Source of the DNA: Octopus vulgaris
Taxonomy: Eukaryota
Reading direction: 5' to 3'
NCBI GenBank assembly: GCA_951406725.2
Contig: OX597817.1
Location: forward strand, 126,666,001 to 126,730,000
DNA: 64,000 nucleotides
Positions 1-14,437 of this stretch are shown here, piece after piece. Numbering within the stretch: position 1 is the stretch's first letter; the number at the start of each line of letters is the position of its first letter. A program made the position numbers and the translations under genes. The notes under the pieces were generated by a model that saw only the letters and a list, made by a program, of their open reading frames with translations, searched no databases and was not told the origin of the DNA.

Positions 1-49
1 GTATGTATGTATATTCGTGTGTATGTGCATTCATAAATTGTTTCCTTCC

Positions 50-190
50 GCCAACCGCTTGCCAGTCGTGAAAGTAGAGGTTCAGCAAAGAATACCGATA
101 CCTATTGGATTCGATCCCTTCGAGTGAAAACTTTCAAGAGTGAGTCCCGATATGGCTGCAATCCAATGACTGGAACAAGTGAAAGCTAAA
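50..190 (+). mobile_element. Degenerate 3' part of SINE family A
   Basis: ggttcagcaaagaataccgata...atggctgcaatccaatgactggaacaagtgaaag resembles the 3' half of the full copy at 45072-45484. Confidence 0.6.
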
Positions 191-615
191 AGGTGCCTGT
201 GCATGTATTCATTTATATATGTATACACACAATCACACACACCATACACACACACACACACACACACAAACAGACGCACGTGCACACGCAAGTATACACA
301 TACGCATGCACCGCACACACATGCGTACACACACGTACACACATACACTATGAGATGGCTGTGTTAAATTTGAATCACAACTTTTATAACAATGCATTTT
401 AGCTTCAAGAATTTACTGATTTTTTGAATTTATTGTTAGGAATACTGTCTACTTGCCTGAAAAATTATTTGAGGTTTTCAATGCTCCCTCAAGCAAAAAT
501 GGAAAACCGCAATGGAAGCGTGGGTCGAAGTCTGCAAAGGACTAAGGTGAACTTCTGTTCCAACATTATATGATTTTTTAAAATTTTCTAAACCGTCAAA
601 CATTTTATAAACACA

Positions 616-651
<36 letters not shown>

Positions 652-850
652 ATAATAATATAGGGTGAAATTAATTAATTTGGAATAATCATTAATTTCA
701 CCAAGTAGATTTCGGCATGTAAAAGCCCCATTCAAGGAAGGTTTAAGTGATCTCCCTTTTAAGTAGAAAGAATAGCCATAACTTTTTGACTGCTGTTTCT
801 AAATTCGGTGTGTGGTGAGGCAAATCGTTGCTAAACCCTTAATTACTTAG

Positions 851-944
<94 letters not shown>

Positions 945-947
<3 letters not shown>

Positions 948-1590
948 CACGTAGGGGTACACAAAATTAAACGGAAGCGTTTTCTGTGGGACAAGCTAGT
1001 TGCTGTTGAGACCTCTCATACGTCCCTCAGTCATCAGTTCGCCAACCGGCGGCGTCGTTCAATGTCGGACTGCTACGGTATGCGTCTCTCTTTTTAGCAA
1101 TGTTTCGCCCCTGTTCGGCGATCTTTGTGATGACTAAAACGAAGGAGAAGCGTGTTCCGTGAAATTTTGCTTTCTGCTAGGGAAAACATTTGTTTTATTT
1201 GAAATAGTTTACAAGAAGGCTGCCTTGACCAAAACAGAGTTTTACGAATGTCTTTCACGCTGTATGGATGCTCAGCTGTCGTTTGAAAACCAACTTCGTT
1301 CAGGGCGACTGCCGACCTTCTGAACGAATGACAATATCACGAAAATTCATGAAGTGCACTTGGAGGGCCGTCACTGAACAATCGACTAATTTGTTGATAT
1401 GAATGATGTATCAGCGAGCTCCAGCCAACAAATACTGAGCGAGGAATTTCGAATGAAACGAGTTGCAGCAAAATTAATGACCTGCTTTCTCATGGACGAT
1501 CAAAAGCAATCGAGACTGAGTGCGGACGTTTTTTTTCGAAGGTCATCACTGTTGACGAAAGTTGGTGCTACGGAATTTGCAGATGTGGAA
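945..1590 (+). mobile_element. Mariner-like transposon 5' relic
   Basis: Decayed N-terminal transposase (VKFCFLLGKT, EWFSRF-like, RMKRVAAKL..L.DDQKQSR) with frameshifts; starts after a TA/TG microsatellite. Confidence 0.7.
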
Positions 1591-1599
1591 ATGATGGGC

Positions 1600-4470
1600 G
1601 ATGGGTTCAGGCTCTTCCAAGATTTCAAGATTACTGCCAAGTTCCCTTACGGATTTGCAATCCTCCTCGACAATGGAATGTGATTTTTGCTACTTTCAAG
1701 TTTTCACCCAAGTCACATCGTCCACTTCTCTGCACTGGATAAGTACCGGTTTATTGCTATTGTGGAGGTCTTATAGCACAGTCCTACCTGCAGCATTCCG
1801 CTTCCTCACTTCTAGAGTAGGTATAGTTGATCATTATCTGCTTTTGGATGGTGCATGTTGTTAGAAGTTACTAGTTTTCTTGTCTTCCTGTTCAGGCGTT
1901 GTAGCTTTGGAAGATTCTAGTTAAATTTATTAAAACTATATTGGACTACTCGAAGTATCAGGATGTTAATGGCTTCGATACGACTTTTAGAGTTGGGTTC
2001 AAGTTTTAGTATGAGTCTTATACGCCAGTCATATGCCTTTCTTATTTTCACCTTCATGATGACATGTTGTATACCATCTCCGTTAATCTCCAGGTATTTG
2101 TAATTTTGTTGTGGATCAAACTCCTTGATGGTAGTGTCGGTATCTAATTTACTGGAGGCTTTTTGCCTGAACTTGCCTCCTTAAACAGTTTTTTAGCTCA
2201 TTTATCAAGACCAAATTCCATCCCGATGTCATTATTGAATTTTTAACAGTTGTTAACACCCCTACTAGCACTTCGTCATATCTAGCAAACAGCTTCAGAT
2301 CGTCCATGTAAAACAGAATTGTTTACTTTCGTATTGTAAACGTTGAACCTATACCTGATATTATTTAGTTCATTTGAGAGTGGAATCAGCGACATACAAA
2401 ATGGCAATGGGGAGGGAGAGTCACCTTGAAAGATATCTCGTTTGATGTTGATGTTGTTAGTTTGGCTCATCACATTACTATCGTTTCGCAGGGGACATCT
2501 GTTCCACTTGGCCATGCTACCTTGAAAGAATTTAGAGATGTCAGGAGAGATATTATATATCTCAATTGTACCCATTTGAATGGGACACTGTCAAACACTT
2601 TCTTGTAATCTATCCATACAATACTTAGGTTCTCTTTGCCCCGCCATTTCTCTACAATCATTTTACGTGTGAGTAATTAATCTTTGCACCAATAAGAATT
2701 TATTTTGCATCCTTTTTGATCTTGTGGAAGGATAGATCTCTGTGCAAGAAAGTGTATATTCTGTCAGTTAATATGAATGTAGGGATCTTGTAAGTGGGGT
2801 TGAGACATGTTATTGGTCAGTATTTCTTTGGATTATTTGTCTTTAATTTTTGGCTGAATGTATGTTGTTCCTTGGGTCAACCTGGCAGTTATTTGCTCTG
2901 GGTTGTGCATGACATCAATCAGATATGCAGCGAAACTTTGGTGTTCACCTTCAGACAATTTAGCCAAAAGTTAGAAAATCGGCCCAGCCCTGGGCTGTTC
3001 TGTTTGTGAGACTTCCTAATAACACATCTTAGCCCTTCTCTTCCTATCTCTTCCAATTTCTGCTCTTCAACTTCAAGCAGTTTCACTTTTTCGAGCTCTA
3101 TCCGGTCAGCTTTAGCATTATATTCTTTTTTGTTACTCTATAACTTCGTCCAAGACATTTCCATTTCTTCAGCCTTAGGGCGCTGCTTTACTTCTATCTT
3201 ACATTTGAAAATTCCCTTATAAAATCTTTGTATCCGTCTTAAATAACTTGTTTTGTCGCTAAAATTTTATTCTTTTGTTATAACATCTAAGCCTTTGCAC
3301 TTTCTGGTGTACTCGTTGTTTGAATTGTTCCTTCGTTGCAGGGAAGTTTATAAAATCTTTAATCTTATATATTTTGCTTGACTTTTCTAGCTCATTTAAC
3401 ATTTAGCAACTTCACCGAGAACTAATACATCCGCCCGCAGAGATTCGATCTCTTTTTGTATTGCTACTTTCCACATAGGAGGACTATTGACACGGTTGGT
3501 CTCTTCTGTGTCATCCTGATACCTAATTGAGCAGGTAGAACTTCAGTAGTAGATGAGGTGAGGCTATTCAAGGTTCTTAGATCATTTAACTTATTACTTA
3601 AGATCTGTCTAAGAGCAACATTATATATCATGATTACGCTGTTCTTTTAATATTGTTTGAGAACTTTACCACTGGTTCTCATCATATCAGTAGACTCGGT
3701 CTCGCTGAGTTCTCTGATAATATCTTCTTTTGCATCTTTGATATCCTGTTTATTATTCACTTCAAATACAGTCATAGCTATTCTATTTTTTAAGGTAGGT
3801 TTAGTTTTTCCTCTCTTTTCCCGCATATCTGTTTTTCGCTAGTCTTTCTTCCGCTTCTTCGTTGGGTAGTACTGATCGTACACTGGAGTCTGTGTATCTG
3901 TTACCTATTTCATCTGCATTCTTGCTGTTTTCATTTGGTGTGTCTGGAGATATTGGTGTCCTAATTTGTCTAATTTCAGCGCCAGTTAACCTTTTATTCT
4001 TAAAGATATCTCTATGTACATTACTGAGTTTATTTGCATCTAAATACCTGCGTACTTCATTGCCTACTAAATTTCCCCACGAAATGTAAGTTTGTACTCT
4101 GTCGTTATTTTTGGTGTTCAGTTGGGTTGTATATAAAACATTCATCACATTTCTATAATCCTCTGTAGTCTATTTTATGTGTTTTGCTTTAGGTGGTGTT
4201 TTTGGTGGCGGCACTACAGGTCTAGGGTTAGGGTTATCTTGTATCTGATTACCTAGTAGATCAGTTTTTAGAGTGTTTGTTCCAGCAGCAGACTTTTCAA
4301 CCTCAGTCTGGTTCACCACTGAGTAAGACGGTCCTTGTTGCCCCGGGTGATGACCGATCCGGCATGAGATTTGGCTTATCCTTAATGCATTGACAGTGAC
4401 AATAGGAGACAGGTCTGTTCGTTCAAAGTTAACCTGACACCGTTTCCTTATTTCTCGAATGGTTATATTT
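1600..4470 (-). mobile_element. Decayed Dong/R4-clade non-LTR retrotransposon (3' RLE portion missing)
   Basis: ORF pieces (KRDIFQGDSPSPLPFCMSLIPLSNEL; NLSIVWIDYKKVFDSVP; YLDANKLSNVHRDIFKNKRLT) collinear with 26060-29060; many stops and frameshifts. Confidence 0.92.
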
Positions 4471-5074
4471 ATAATATAGATTGAAAATTCCTGGTATAAG
4501 AATTTTGATATATTTTAAACTGAGGGATTATTTTGCTCCTGTTTATCTTCGTTTTTTTGGGGGGAAATCGCTTTGCTTTTGTTTCGTACGGTATTTTTCC
4601 TTTTATTTTCCGTGTATGTGTCATGTAGGCATTACTTATGTTGCTTATAAATATTAACATGTGCACATGAATGCGTGGCCAGTTACATACATAAGTAATT
4701 ATTCAAATTACATACGTGGTGTTTTCCCAGGTTACCTGGTTATGTTACTCTCTCCTTCACACACACAGTGCAACACACATCTTTCTTCCTGTCTCTCTCT
4801 CTCCCTTTCACATACACACAACACAGACTTTCTGCCTAGCCCCCCCCCCCCAATAACACATACGTACGTCCCTGTCAATTTTCTCCCTCTTTTATGTTAT
4901 CCTGACATCAAACGAAATGTACGTTTCACTCACAAAAACAGAAAAAAATTATAGCATTTTACAGATTTTACAGAACCTTATACCTTAACAGGTGTTGGAT
5001 CAGATGCTTAGTTTGACATTTTTGCGAATAATCTCGAACGATCGCCAAATTTCGTCCTCCGAAACATCTACGCA

Positions 5075-6260
5075 CACACTGGCGGAATTATCTTCTTAGA
5101 CGCAGCCGGTAGAACTGGAAAAACATTCTTCCTGAATCTTCATCTTGTGAAGTTGCAGCATTATAATGACCTTGCTATTGCTGTTGCCTCCTCAGAAATA
5201 GCCCCGACACTTCTTGATGACAGACGAACAGCACACTCTACCTTCAAATTGCCTTTTAATGTGCCACATCAAGAAAACCAAACTTCCCACATGTTGCGTT
5301 CCTCGGACGAAGCATCAGTTTTGGAAAAGTACAAACTCATTGTTTGGGATGAAGCAACTATGACCTATAAATGTTCCCTACGAGCACTTCATACCACAAT
5401 GAGAATCCTTAGATCAAACAACGACATCATTTGAAGTGCGACTGTACTTTTTGCTGAGATTTTCTACAAACTCTATTATGCCTAAAGGAACACAAGCTGA
5501 TGAACATAATATCTGCTTTAAAAAAATCCCTCCTTTGATCGCATGTCCAATCAAAACAACTCACTATCACTCCTAGAGACTGGTCAGCCTACAACCCCGT
5601 TTTCGGAAATGCTCCTTAAAATCGGCAATGGACAAATTACGGCCGATGACAACGGATACGTTGGCACTACCACCTTTGGCTACACTGAAACCAGCCCTGA
5701 TGACTTATGTTCTTCCCTTCACCCAAATCTTAAAACGGAATACATATAACCAGATTGTGACACCGTTACAGATCTTTATCAGGTTACACAATTTTTAACA
5801 GAATTTCTCAACTCTCAAGATCCTCCAAGATTCCCTCCCTATGAACTTCACTTAAAAGTTAGCTGCCCTCTCATCTTCCTACGCAATCCAAACGCACCCA
5901 CACCATGAAATGGAACTCGCCTTCTGCTCAAACAAATGATGGACCACATCATTGAAGCTCAAATTATCACGGGTGACAGCAGAAACTATACCGTTTTCAT
6001 TATGAAAATTCCGCTAACCCCAAGAGGCTGCCTGTACCCTATGTAGAGACTTCAGTACCATCTGAAACTCAACTTCTCCATGACAATTATCAAAGCTCAA
6101 GGCCAGCCGCTGAAAGTTTTCGGATTGGACCTTCGAACATCTTACTTTTCACATGGACAGTTCTACGTCGGTTGTTCCAGAGTTGGCCATCCAGACAACT
6201 TATTCATCAATGCTTCTGAAGGAAAACAATGAATGTCGTCTGCAAAGCAACTCTACAGTA
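5075..6260 (+). mobile_element. Helitron PIF1-type helicase relic
   Basis: GGIIFLDAAGRTGKTF (Walker A), AVASS..TAHSTFKLP, LIVWDEATM, LHLKV..P..FLRN, NGTRL, MTIIKAQGQ, FSHGQFYVGCSRV; disrupted. Confidence 0.9.
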
Positions 6261-7029
6261 GTTATTCCTCTACTTCATTCTTCATATCTACGCCAAACTG
6301 TAAACGTGAGCAATCAAACTTCCTGGGAGTATTACATTGATATTTTGCTACATTTTCTGATTTTTGTTAACAGTACATTACATTCAATTACTCTTCTTAC
6401 TTCACGCACGCTGTTCGCTCATTAGCATGCTCTGGCATTTATTTTTGCACATGCTATTAATCTATTTGTGTGTTTGCAATAAATTTTTGCTTTTCTCTAT
6501 TACGTATGATTTTCATTGAAAGAAAGCTTCATTGCGTTTGTGTCAGGAAATATGAGAAAAATAAGTACATGATGCAAAACGCTTAAAGTAAGATACAGGA
6601 ACTCTAATGCCTACTTCAATTGCCATCCCATTTAATAGACTTTCATTTATTACTAACTGTCAAATTTTTATTCAAAAAACTTTATTCATTACCCGAGTTT
6701 CTTAATACCATATCATAAGCTGCTAATAGTAATTATACATTTTACGCGTATCAATTTAAAATGACTTCTAACTAAAACTGTCTCCAGGAGTGTACCATTA
6801 TAATTGCACCGTCCAAAGGACAGGTATATTTGCTATTATATATATATATGTGCGTGTGTGTGTGTGTTTGTATGTATTTACGTAATCTTATGCTTCTGTC
6901 CAAAATCATAACTATTTGTAGCTATTTACATGCTTACACGCTTGATCGAACTTTTTCATTAACATTTCAATCTTTTGCAATTTTGGCAGTACAAATCTCT
7001 CTTTTTTCTTTGACAAAAATAATTTGTAA

Positions 7030-7619
7030 ATTAGTTTACACTGGCTAAAGGGCTTGATTGTACTCAGCTGTCTGTTGAAGATTGAAGACATCTCCACTTC
7101 ATTTTGTGCATATCAAAAAGAATATTTGCAAAACGAATCATTTACTATTTATTTAACCACTTCTAGATATTGAGAATGGAGTTCGATAATATAAAAAAAT
7201 ATTTTGCTTGCCATATGCAAAAAATTATAAGCTACATATTCCATGATTCTTTATACATTTTTTTCGCTTTTAATATTTCCTTACACATAAAAGAAGCTGA
7301 GAACCACTACATAACTGAATTAATAGCTATGTTTCTTTCATTCATTCTGTGGTGCACATTATTTTTCCCAAAAAAGTTTGTTCTTCCAAGAAATCGTTTG
7401 TCATAAATCTATTTCTTTTCCTTATCTGACGCTTAAATATTCTGTAATGTCATAGGTGTCGATTGAATATTCAAAGAATCGGTAGATATGAATACAATGG
7501 TGGTTGCAGAGAATTTTGGATCGTTCAACGAATATGGTTATTTTGTGGACTTAGGTTATATTTTCGATACCTAATGCTGGTATTGATAAACAATGTACAG
7601 CACATATAATTGTCAATGA
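7030..7619 (-). pseudogene. Terminal beta/gamma-crystallin-like segments
   Basis: CTLFINTSIRYRKYNLSP...LYSYLPI (cf. WVLYE.PNYRGRQY.LRP...SLRPI) and FNRQLSTIKPF (cf. FND.VSSIRP). Confidence 0.45.
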
Positions 7620-8029
7620 CTATTCAACAACAAATTTTATCAGAAGCCTGTGCTTTTGTTACATACATTTTTTTCTATTATTCTAGTGGCCATTTTCATT
7701 TCATTGAATCTAGCCAATGTAAACTAAACTATTCACGTATTCTTCTATAATATGCATTATCAGTCATGAATTCGTGTCGAGTAAACGCTTTCCGAAGCAA
7801 CTAAACGTTACCCTACAAACAATTTCAAACTTAAATTAGAAGACAATATACATTTTAAATTTAGTGTACACATATCAAGGATATGTTTAAAAACTTATTG
7901 AGGTTTAGATATTTTGTAAATTTAAACTCCATTAAAAAACTATAGCTCAGAATATACTTTCAGAGATGTTGCAAATTTGTCCATCTAATTGCATAAAGAA
8001 GGAAAATGTACATTTTATTTCTTTTACTT

Positions 8030-8573
8030 TTTCATCTATTAGACTGCGGGCATGCTGACCACCACCTTTCAAGATTTTTAGACGAATGAATCAACCCCTG
8101 TTACACGTCTTTTAAGCAAGGTACTTAGTCTATCGGTCTCTTTTATTGATCAAGCATGTTACGGGTTCGTAAACGTACCATTGCCGGTTGTCAATTGGTG
8201 GTGGGGGACAAGCACAAACGCAGACACACGCACACACAGACACATACATACACACACGCACGCACACACGAACGCACACATACACACACGTACATATATA
8301 TATATATATTAGAAGAAATGAGGTACTCAGAAGTTCGGATGGTTTTTATATTTACAGATATTTATTTGTATATTACATTTTTTTATACATCCTATAACTT
8401 AGATCATATATTAGCGCTTTCTCCCATTCTAGTGGGGTTTTCAAATGATCTTAGTTATATGATGTATAAAAAAATGTAATATACAAATAAATATCTGTAA
8501 ATATAAAACCATCCGAATTTCTGAGTACCTCATTTCTTCTAATATAAAATACCTGTACATCATCTCCAAACCT

Positions 8574-8653
<80 letters not shown>

Positions 8654-8805
8654 GATGGCATTCCTTCAGTCACCGTCTACCAAATTCATTCACAAGGTTT
8701 TATTCAGCTTGAGACTACAGAAGATACTTGCCTAAGGTACCACGAAGTGGGACTGAACCCGCAACCAGGTGATTGAAAAGCAAGCTTCTTGCCACACAAC
8801 CACAC
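8030..8805 (-). mobile_element. SINE family A copy interrupted by a fold-back element and (TA)n
   Basis: Head at 8650-8805 and tail at 8030-8220 are reverse complements of 45072-45484. Confidence 0.8.
8305..8580. mobile_element. Fold-back (~100 bp arms) Penelope-like terminal-repeat remnant with variant hammerhead in the loop
   Basis: 8305-8400 is an inverted repeat of 8445-8545; minus-strand centre gatcat-TTGAAAA-cccca/tggg-GAAA-gcgc-TA-...atgatc. Confidence 0.65.
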
Positions 8806-9852
8806 CTTGGCTTGATCATTTGCAAACACTGAAGGGTGAGAGTTTTGGTAGCTATTCTCTACAAGTTGACTGATTCTTCAGTGTGTCAGTAGAAAGCTTT
8901 TGCCTTCCCGGCCCGAGGGCACATTCCTGCTTACTGCTATCGAGGCAGAGATGACTAATCTAGCACATCACCCTCATCCTTCAACACCATGGCTATTCCG
9001 TTTTGTCCGCTTTGATCATGAGGCTTACTCACAAGAAATCCTAAACTCATTACTCTATTCTACAAGGCACCTAGGGTTTTTAGTTTTGGAAATTTACTGT
9101 GGAAGAAAATTGCCAACGAATAATATTTCACTCGCTTCACCCTTCAAATAGCCCCCCTCTCTTCGTCTTTCTCTAACATTTGTATCTCCTTCTTCGCATC
9201 CTCCGTCTCACGCACTTGCAGTTTCCTATCGCCCCTATTTCTCATTGTTTAACCTTCTTCGCTATCTCACACTTTCTGCTTTATATCTTGTGAGCAGTTG
9301 GCTGAAATTAGAGGAAAATCCGTACATTGCTTCGGTGACGATATGACTCATAAAGTTTTTACTTATACATACATATATACACATCGACATATCACCATTA
9401 CCAGTATCAGATGCATGCGCTTCCATGTGTAATAAGGAAATTATTGTGACATGTTATCTGACTCTTTGAGTTCTTGATTCACACACAGGTGGGGATAAAC
9501 GTTTTCATTCATTTGTTGTTGATGATATCAAAATATTTAATGTATAAAATTGACTTTATTTGTTAAACATGTAGAATATTGAACCAATAGTTTATGTTAT
9601 AAAGATCGGTTGTTTAGAAGAATCAGTATTACATCAAAGGAAAACCATTACGTTATTAAGTTACAGCCCTTTGTACCTTGACATTACATTGATGTAGTCA
9701 CAATGAATTTTATACTTGTAAAGCTTCTTATGATATACTTATCAGAGACATAATAAAACAGATAAGGTAAGCTTCGCTATGATCTCCCCAATTGCAGCTC
9801 ACATGTAATAAAGCTAATAATTATGAATATGTTTGCATATATTATAATCAGA

Positions 9853-10263
9853 ATAGGCGCACGAGTGGTTGTGTAGTAAGTAGCTTGCTTATCACTACAA
9901 TGGTTCCGGGTTCATTCCCACTGCATGGCACCTTGGGCAAGTGTCTTCTGCTATAGCCTCGGGCCGACCAAAACCTTGTGAGTGGATTTGGTAGACGGAA
10001 ACGTAAAGAAGTCCGTCGTATATATGTATATATGTATGTATGTGTGTATAAGTTTGCGTGTCTGTGTTTGTCCCTCCAACATCGATTGACAACCGATGGT
10101 GGCGTGTTTACGTCCCCATAACCTAGCGGTTCGGCCAAACAGACCGATAAAATAAGTACTAATCTTCCAAAGAATAAGTCATGGGGTTGATCTGCTCCAC
10201 TAAAAGCGGTGCTCCAGCATGGTAGCAGTCACATGACTTAAACAAGTAATAGAGAAAAGAGAA
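9853..10263 (+). mobile_element. SINE family A, full length
   Basis: tRNA-like head (B-box ggttcattccc), internal TA/TG microsatellite, tail gcggtgctccagcatgg. Confidence 0.9.
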
Positions 10264-11545
10264 TATACTGGTGTATAGTAGGTTTATTCTAACTGAAAGC
10301 TGCAATCAACATTTCAAATCATGCTAACTAATCTTTTCCAAGCTTGTTCTTTCTTAACACGTTCCTTAGTGCACGCCAGTAAGAAAATACAGAAGTAGTT
10401 ATGTCATTTCTTCGGAAAGAATGGCTGTGCTACGGATTTCGAAATTATACAGAATCAAATAAGTGCATTGCTGTTATGAAACTTGAGATTTCTGTCAGAA
10501 ATATCTAAATGTAAATATAAGAACCATGCGATAATATGCATTTTGCAGTGATGTTATTACAGAAATAAAGACGGAATGTTTAGAGTATAATAGTTTTGAC
10601 ATGTCTGACGTTTAAGAGGTTTTTAAGACGTCTGTTCTGTATTTTCTGAACTTTATTATTATCTTGGTTTACACTAACCACTAAATAATGTAGGAAAATT
10701 AAACGCAACAAAAAGAAAACTCTGAAGTAAGTTCCTCTAAATATAAAACACACTAGGGAATACTTCCTAATAATATAACAGTTAAATTTATTTCTTAGCA
10801 TCATAAAGATATCATATGACAAGTAGCGTGTTTCATTATCTTGTATTTAAAAAAAACAACATAACCATCAAATATACTGCTTCCATCATATCTTGTATCT
10901 GGGGAGGATCATCACGGCAATAATCATAAAGTCAAACACTGGTTCAGCTTCCTTTGTTATGAGATGTGGAGATGTAGTGGTATGGTCACTTACAAAAGAA
11001 AAGGAAAGTTGCGAGTAACGGAAGTGTGTGTGTGTGCGCTTGTGTGTGCGTATAATTATGTGTGTACGTATGTGTCTGTGTGTTTGTGTGTGTGTGTTTG
11101 TTTGCGTTTGTATGTGTGTGTGTGTGAATGTGTGCATGTGTATGTGTGAGAAACTTTCAATCCAAATACGGAAGATCGTATAACTTATGGCTAAAATCGG
11201 AGAAAAATGTAATTAGTCACCGAGTAGAATATGAATAAGACATGAGGTTTGCCTATATGGTTGAGAATTAAATCATTTCACATCGAATATTTTCTATATG
11301 GTATCAAATTCAGAATAGTTGACAAAGGAAGTAAATATATATTTTCTCCTCCTATACCCACCGTATTCAGTTATTTTTATTATGAAATCTATTTGACAGA
11401 TATACTAAAGAATTAGCTCAGAGAAACATTGACTCTACTGATAACTGTAGAGTTCATTTAGGACCAAATATATTTCGGTAGAACGTATAATAGATATGAA
11501 ATATATAATACATATTAAATTTTCCAAATGGCTCTAACAATGTAC

Positions 11546-11610
11546 CTCGATTTACACAATGTTTAATTTTGGAAAATCTGATCCAGGTAAATATAGGTAA
11601 TTTTAGGAAT
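11546..11610 (-). pseudogene. Beta/gamma-crystallin-like exon
   Basis: Acceptor ttctctag; IPKITYIYLDQIFQN* (cf. GKITFYEDRNFQG); donor gag|gtacat. Confidence 0.5.
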
Positions 11611-11892
11611 CTAGAGAAATATGTTAAATTGAAAAAACACAACGAATGTATTTGAATATATTTTTTAGAACCCAGTTAAAAAAAGTTTGAGTTATAGAAC
11701 CACCTGTTAACAGCTGCAAATCTCTGACAGAATAAAATTACGGATTGACACGTTGCGTTAATTGTAATGCACTAGATTGCAGCCTTCACCAAGAAACAGT
11801 TACATAATAAATCATAGAGTCAGAAAAGCCTCATATATATATTTATATTTATATATATATATATATGTATATATGTGTGTGTGTATGTATGT

Positions 11893-11952
<60 letters not shown>

Positions 11953-12112
11953 CTTTATAAATACGTAGTTATATATATATTTGTATAGATATTTATATTT
12001 ATATATATATATATATATACATATATAAATATATATATTTATATACAAAGGCATATACATATAAGCATACCGGCACAGAAATAAATCAATGCATCTTACA
12101 CGTACATATTAC

Positions 12113-12190
12113 CCGTTTCATGATACTGGGAAAAACTAGCAAGATAAAATATAGCCAAGCATGGAGTTTCATATCACTTTCCATTGGCAG
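12113..12190 (-). pseudogene. Beta/gamma-crystallin-like exon
   Basis: Long polypyrimidine acceptor ...catttctttgcag; CQWKV-YETP (frameshifted; cf. G.W.VYE.PNF.G); donor cgg|gtaata. Confidence 0.55.
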
Positions 12191-13338
12191 CTGCAAAGAA
12201 ATGCAAATGACAAGGAAACAAAAGAAGAAAATCTAAAGTTTGCTGCTAGCAATAATACTTTAATTGGGATATATAGATATATATAGCGAAAAAACTGTAA
12301 AAATTATTATAATAATAGATCATATAAAAACTATAAAACTGGAAGGTATTATGTTATGAATATTCTTATCTTTTTTCGACTTCCCTGTATAAAGTTAAAA
12401 AATGGTGGATTGTGATACACCAAACTATGTTATCAGACTTTATGGTTGACACGACTAAACGATGGTTTAAAAATCTAATTGTTTTAAGGCAATTTTTTAC
12501 AACCCTGTATGTCTATACATACATATAAATATATACATACATAATACATACATATATATATATGTATGTATATATATGTGTGTGTGTGTGCGTGCGTGTT
12601 TGTGGGTGTGTGTGTGTGCGTGTTTTTGGGTGTGTATAAACACACACACATTATACAACGCATATATATATATGCATATATATTACAGACACACACACAT
12701 ACATAGATATATATATATATATATGCATACATATATCATGTGTATATATGCATGTTTCTATGTTTTTGCGTATGCCTTTCTGCTTGTATATATGTGTGTT
12801 TATATGTGTATGAGTGCGTGTCGATGTGTGTGTGTGTATGTGTGTTTGAGTGTGTGTGTATGACTGCATGTGAGCGCACGTATGTTTTCATATATGTAAG
12901 GATGTGTACCTTTCGAATTTGAATGTATATTTTGTTGTTGATAACGTCATTTAAATGCCATATAGCTGATAGAAATCGGAATTTCGGAATCTTGAATCTG
13001 AATAAAAGATATTTTAATACATAATGTTTTATATATGAGCAAAAACGATTTAGATCATAAAAAAAAAGGACAGCTATTATTTCACCTGTAAACGCAAGTG
13101 CTTCCATATTGTCAATTTAAAACACGTTACACATAGAATATTGCTGCCTACATGATACCAGGTAATAAATGTAGTTCTGGACGCTAGAGGACAGTAATGA
13201 ATCACCATTTGCATTTATAATCTACAATTACACAACGTAAAATGCCTCGTTTGAAAAGAGTTCCTGTAACGAGATAACTCACTTGGCATTAGACTACATT
13301 AAAAATTATACAAAAATGGTTATTGACCAGGAAACTTT

Positions 13339-13375
<37 letters not shown>

Positions 13376-13759
13376 GTGTGTATTTGGATTTCAATGATCA
13401 TAAAAAAACGGCGACCGGGTGAAAGAGAGGAGGAGAGCGCGAAAGAAAGGGAGAGAGAAAGAGAGAGAGAGAGAGAGTAGAGAAGATAAATATTCTTTTT
13501 CAGGTTGGTATGACATGTCTTGCAGGTAGATTCTACATTTGCTTTCTATGCTACTTGTCTTAAATTATATTCACTAAATTAACACAGCAACAATGACAAA
13601 ACAATATTAGTGACTAAGCAAAAACACAGATACACACATACATACACACGCAAATACCCAGTCTCACACATATACATACATAACCACACGCACAAACCAA
13701 AAAACACGCACAAGCACTCACACATACAGAGATAAAAATAAATGAAACTCAAGTTTACT

Positions 13760-14437
13760 TCCAAAAGGTATTTCCGCCACTGCAATTATAGATGTAGAAA
13801 TTTGGCCGTAATTCTGTATGTTTCAGTATCGTTTGAATGGACTGTGAGAAACTTCCCACAGTCCATTCAACCGATTGAGTATTTCTGCCCTTTATAATTT
13901 TTTCCTTGTTTATAGATTTTTGTTTTTGAATGCACTGTGATCATCCTTCCACAGTAGCTTATGAAAATATATGAATATACTTCAACTGGATCATTAGCTG
14001 ATTGGGCACTATGTGGGTACTTGAATGAGATGGCGTTTACAAAATTTGTACTATTTCAGATACATAAATTCATACTATTTTGTAACGCTTAATTATTTCA
14101 AGCATACAAATTTCTAAGAAATATTTGTTTCGTAAACGACATTGTCACTACCAGGCTTGATAAATACGAAAGCATGTATGATGTTTCGTAAACTATTTGA
14201 GGTGAATGGAACCAACACGAATATCGCATAACTCTGCAGATCAAGGGAATTCGGTTCAAATACACAGAAGCTATTTCAGTATGGTTTTAGTTTAGAAACG
14301 CTTCATTCCATCTTTTTCTAAGTTTGCTATTCAAGGAATGCATTGTGATGCTACATATAGGAAATACACCAGAAAAAAAGCCTCATATCTTCACATGTCG
14401 TGCAATAAATGTAAAACACTCTTCCCTCAAAGACACT
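13760..14437 (-). pseudogene. Cluster of beta/gamma-crystallin-like motifs
   Basis: FEGRVFYIYCTTCEDMRLFFWCISYM* (14351-14431; cf. [24 protein letters not shown]), NAISFK, YCGRMITV (13934-13957). Confidence 0.55.
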
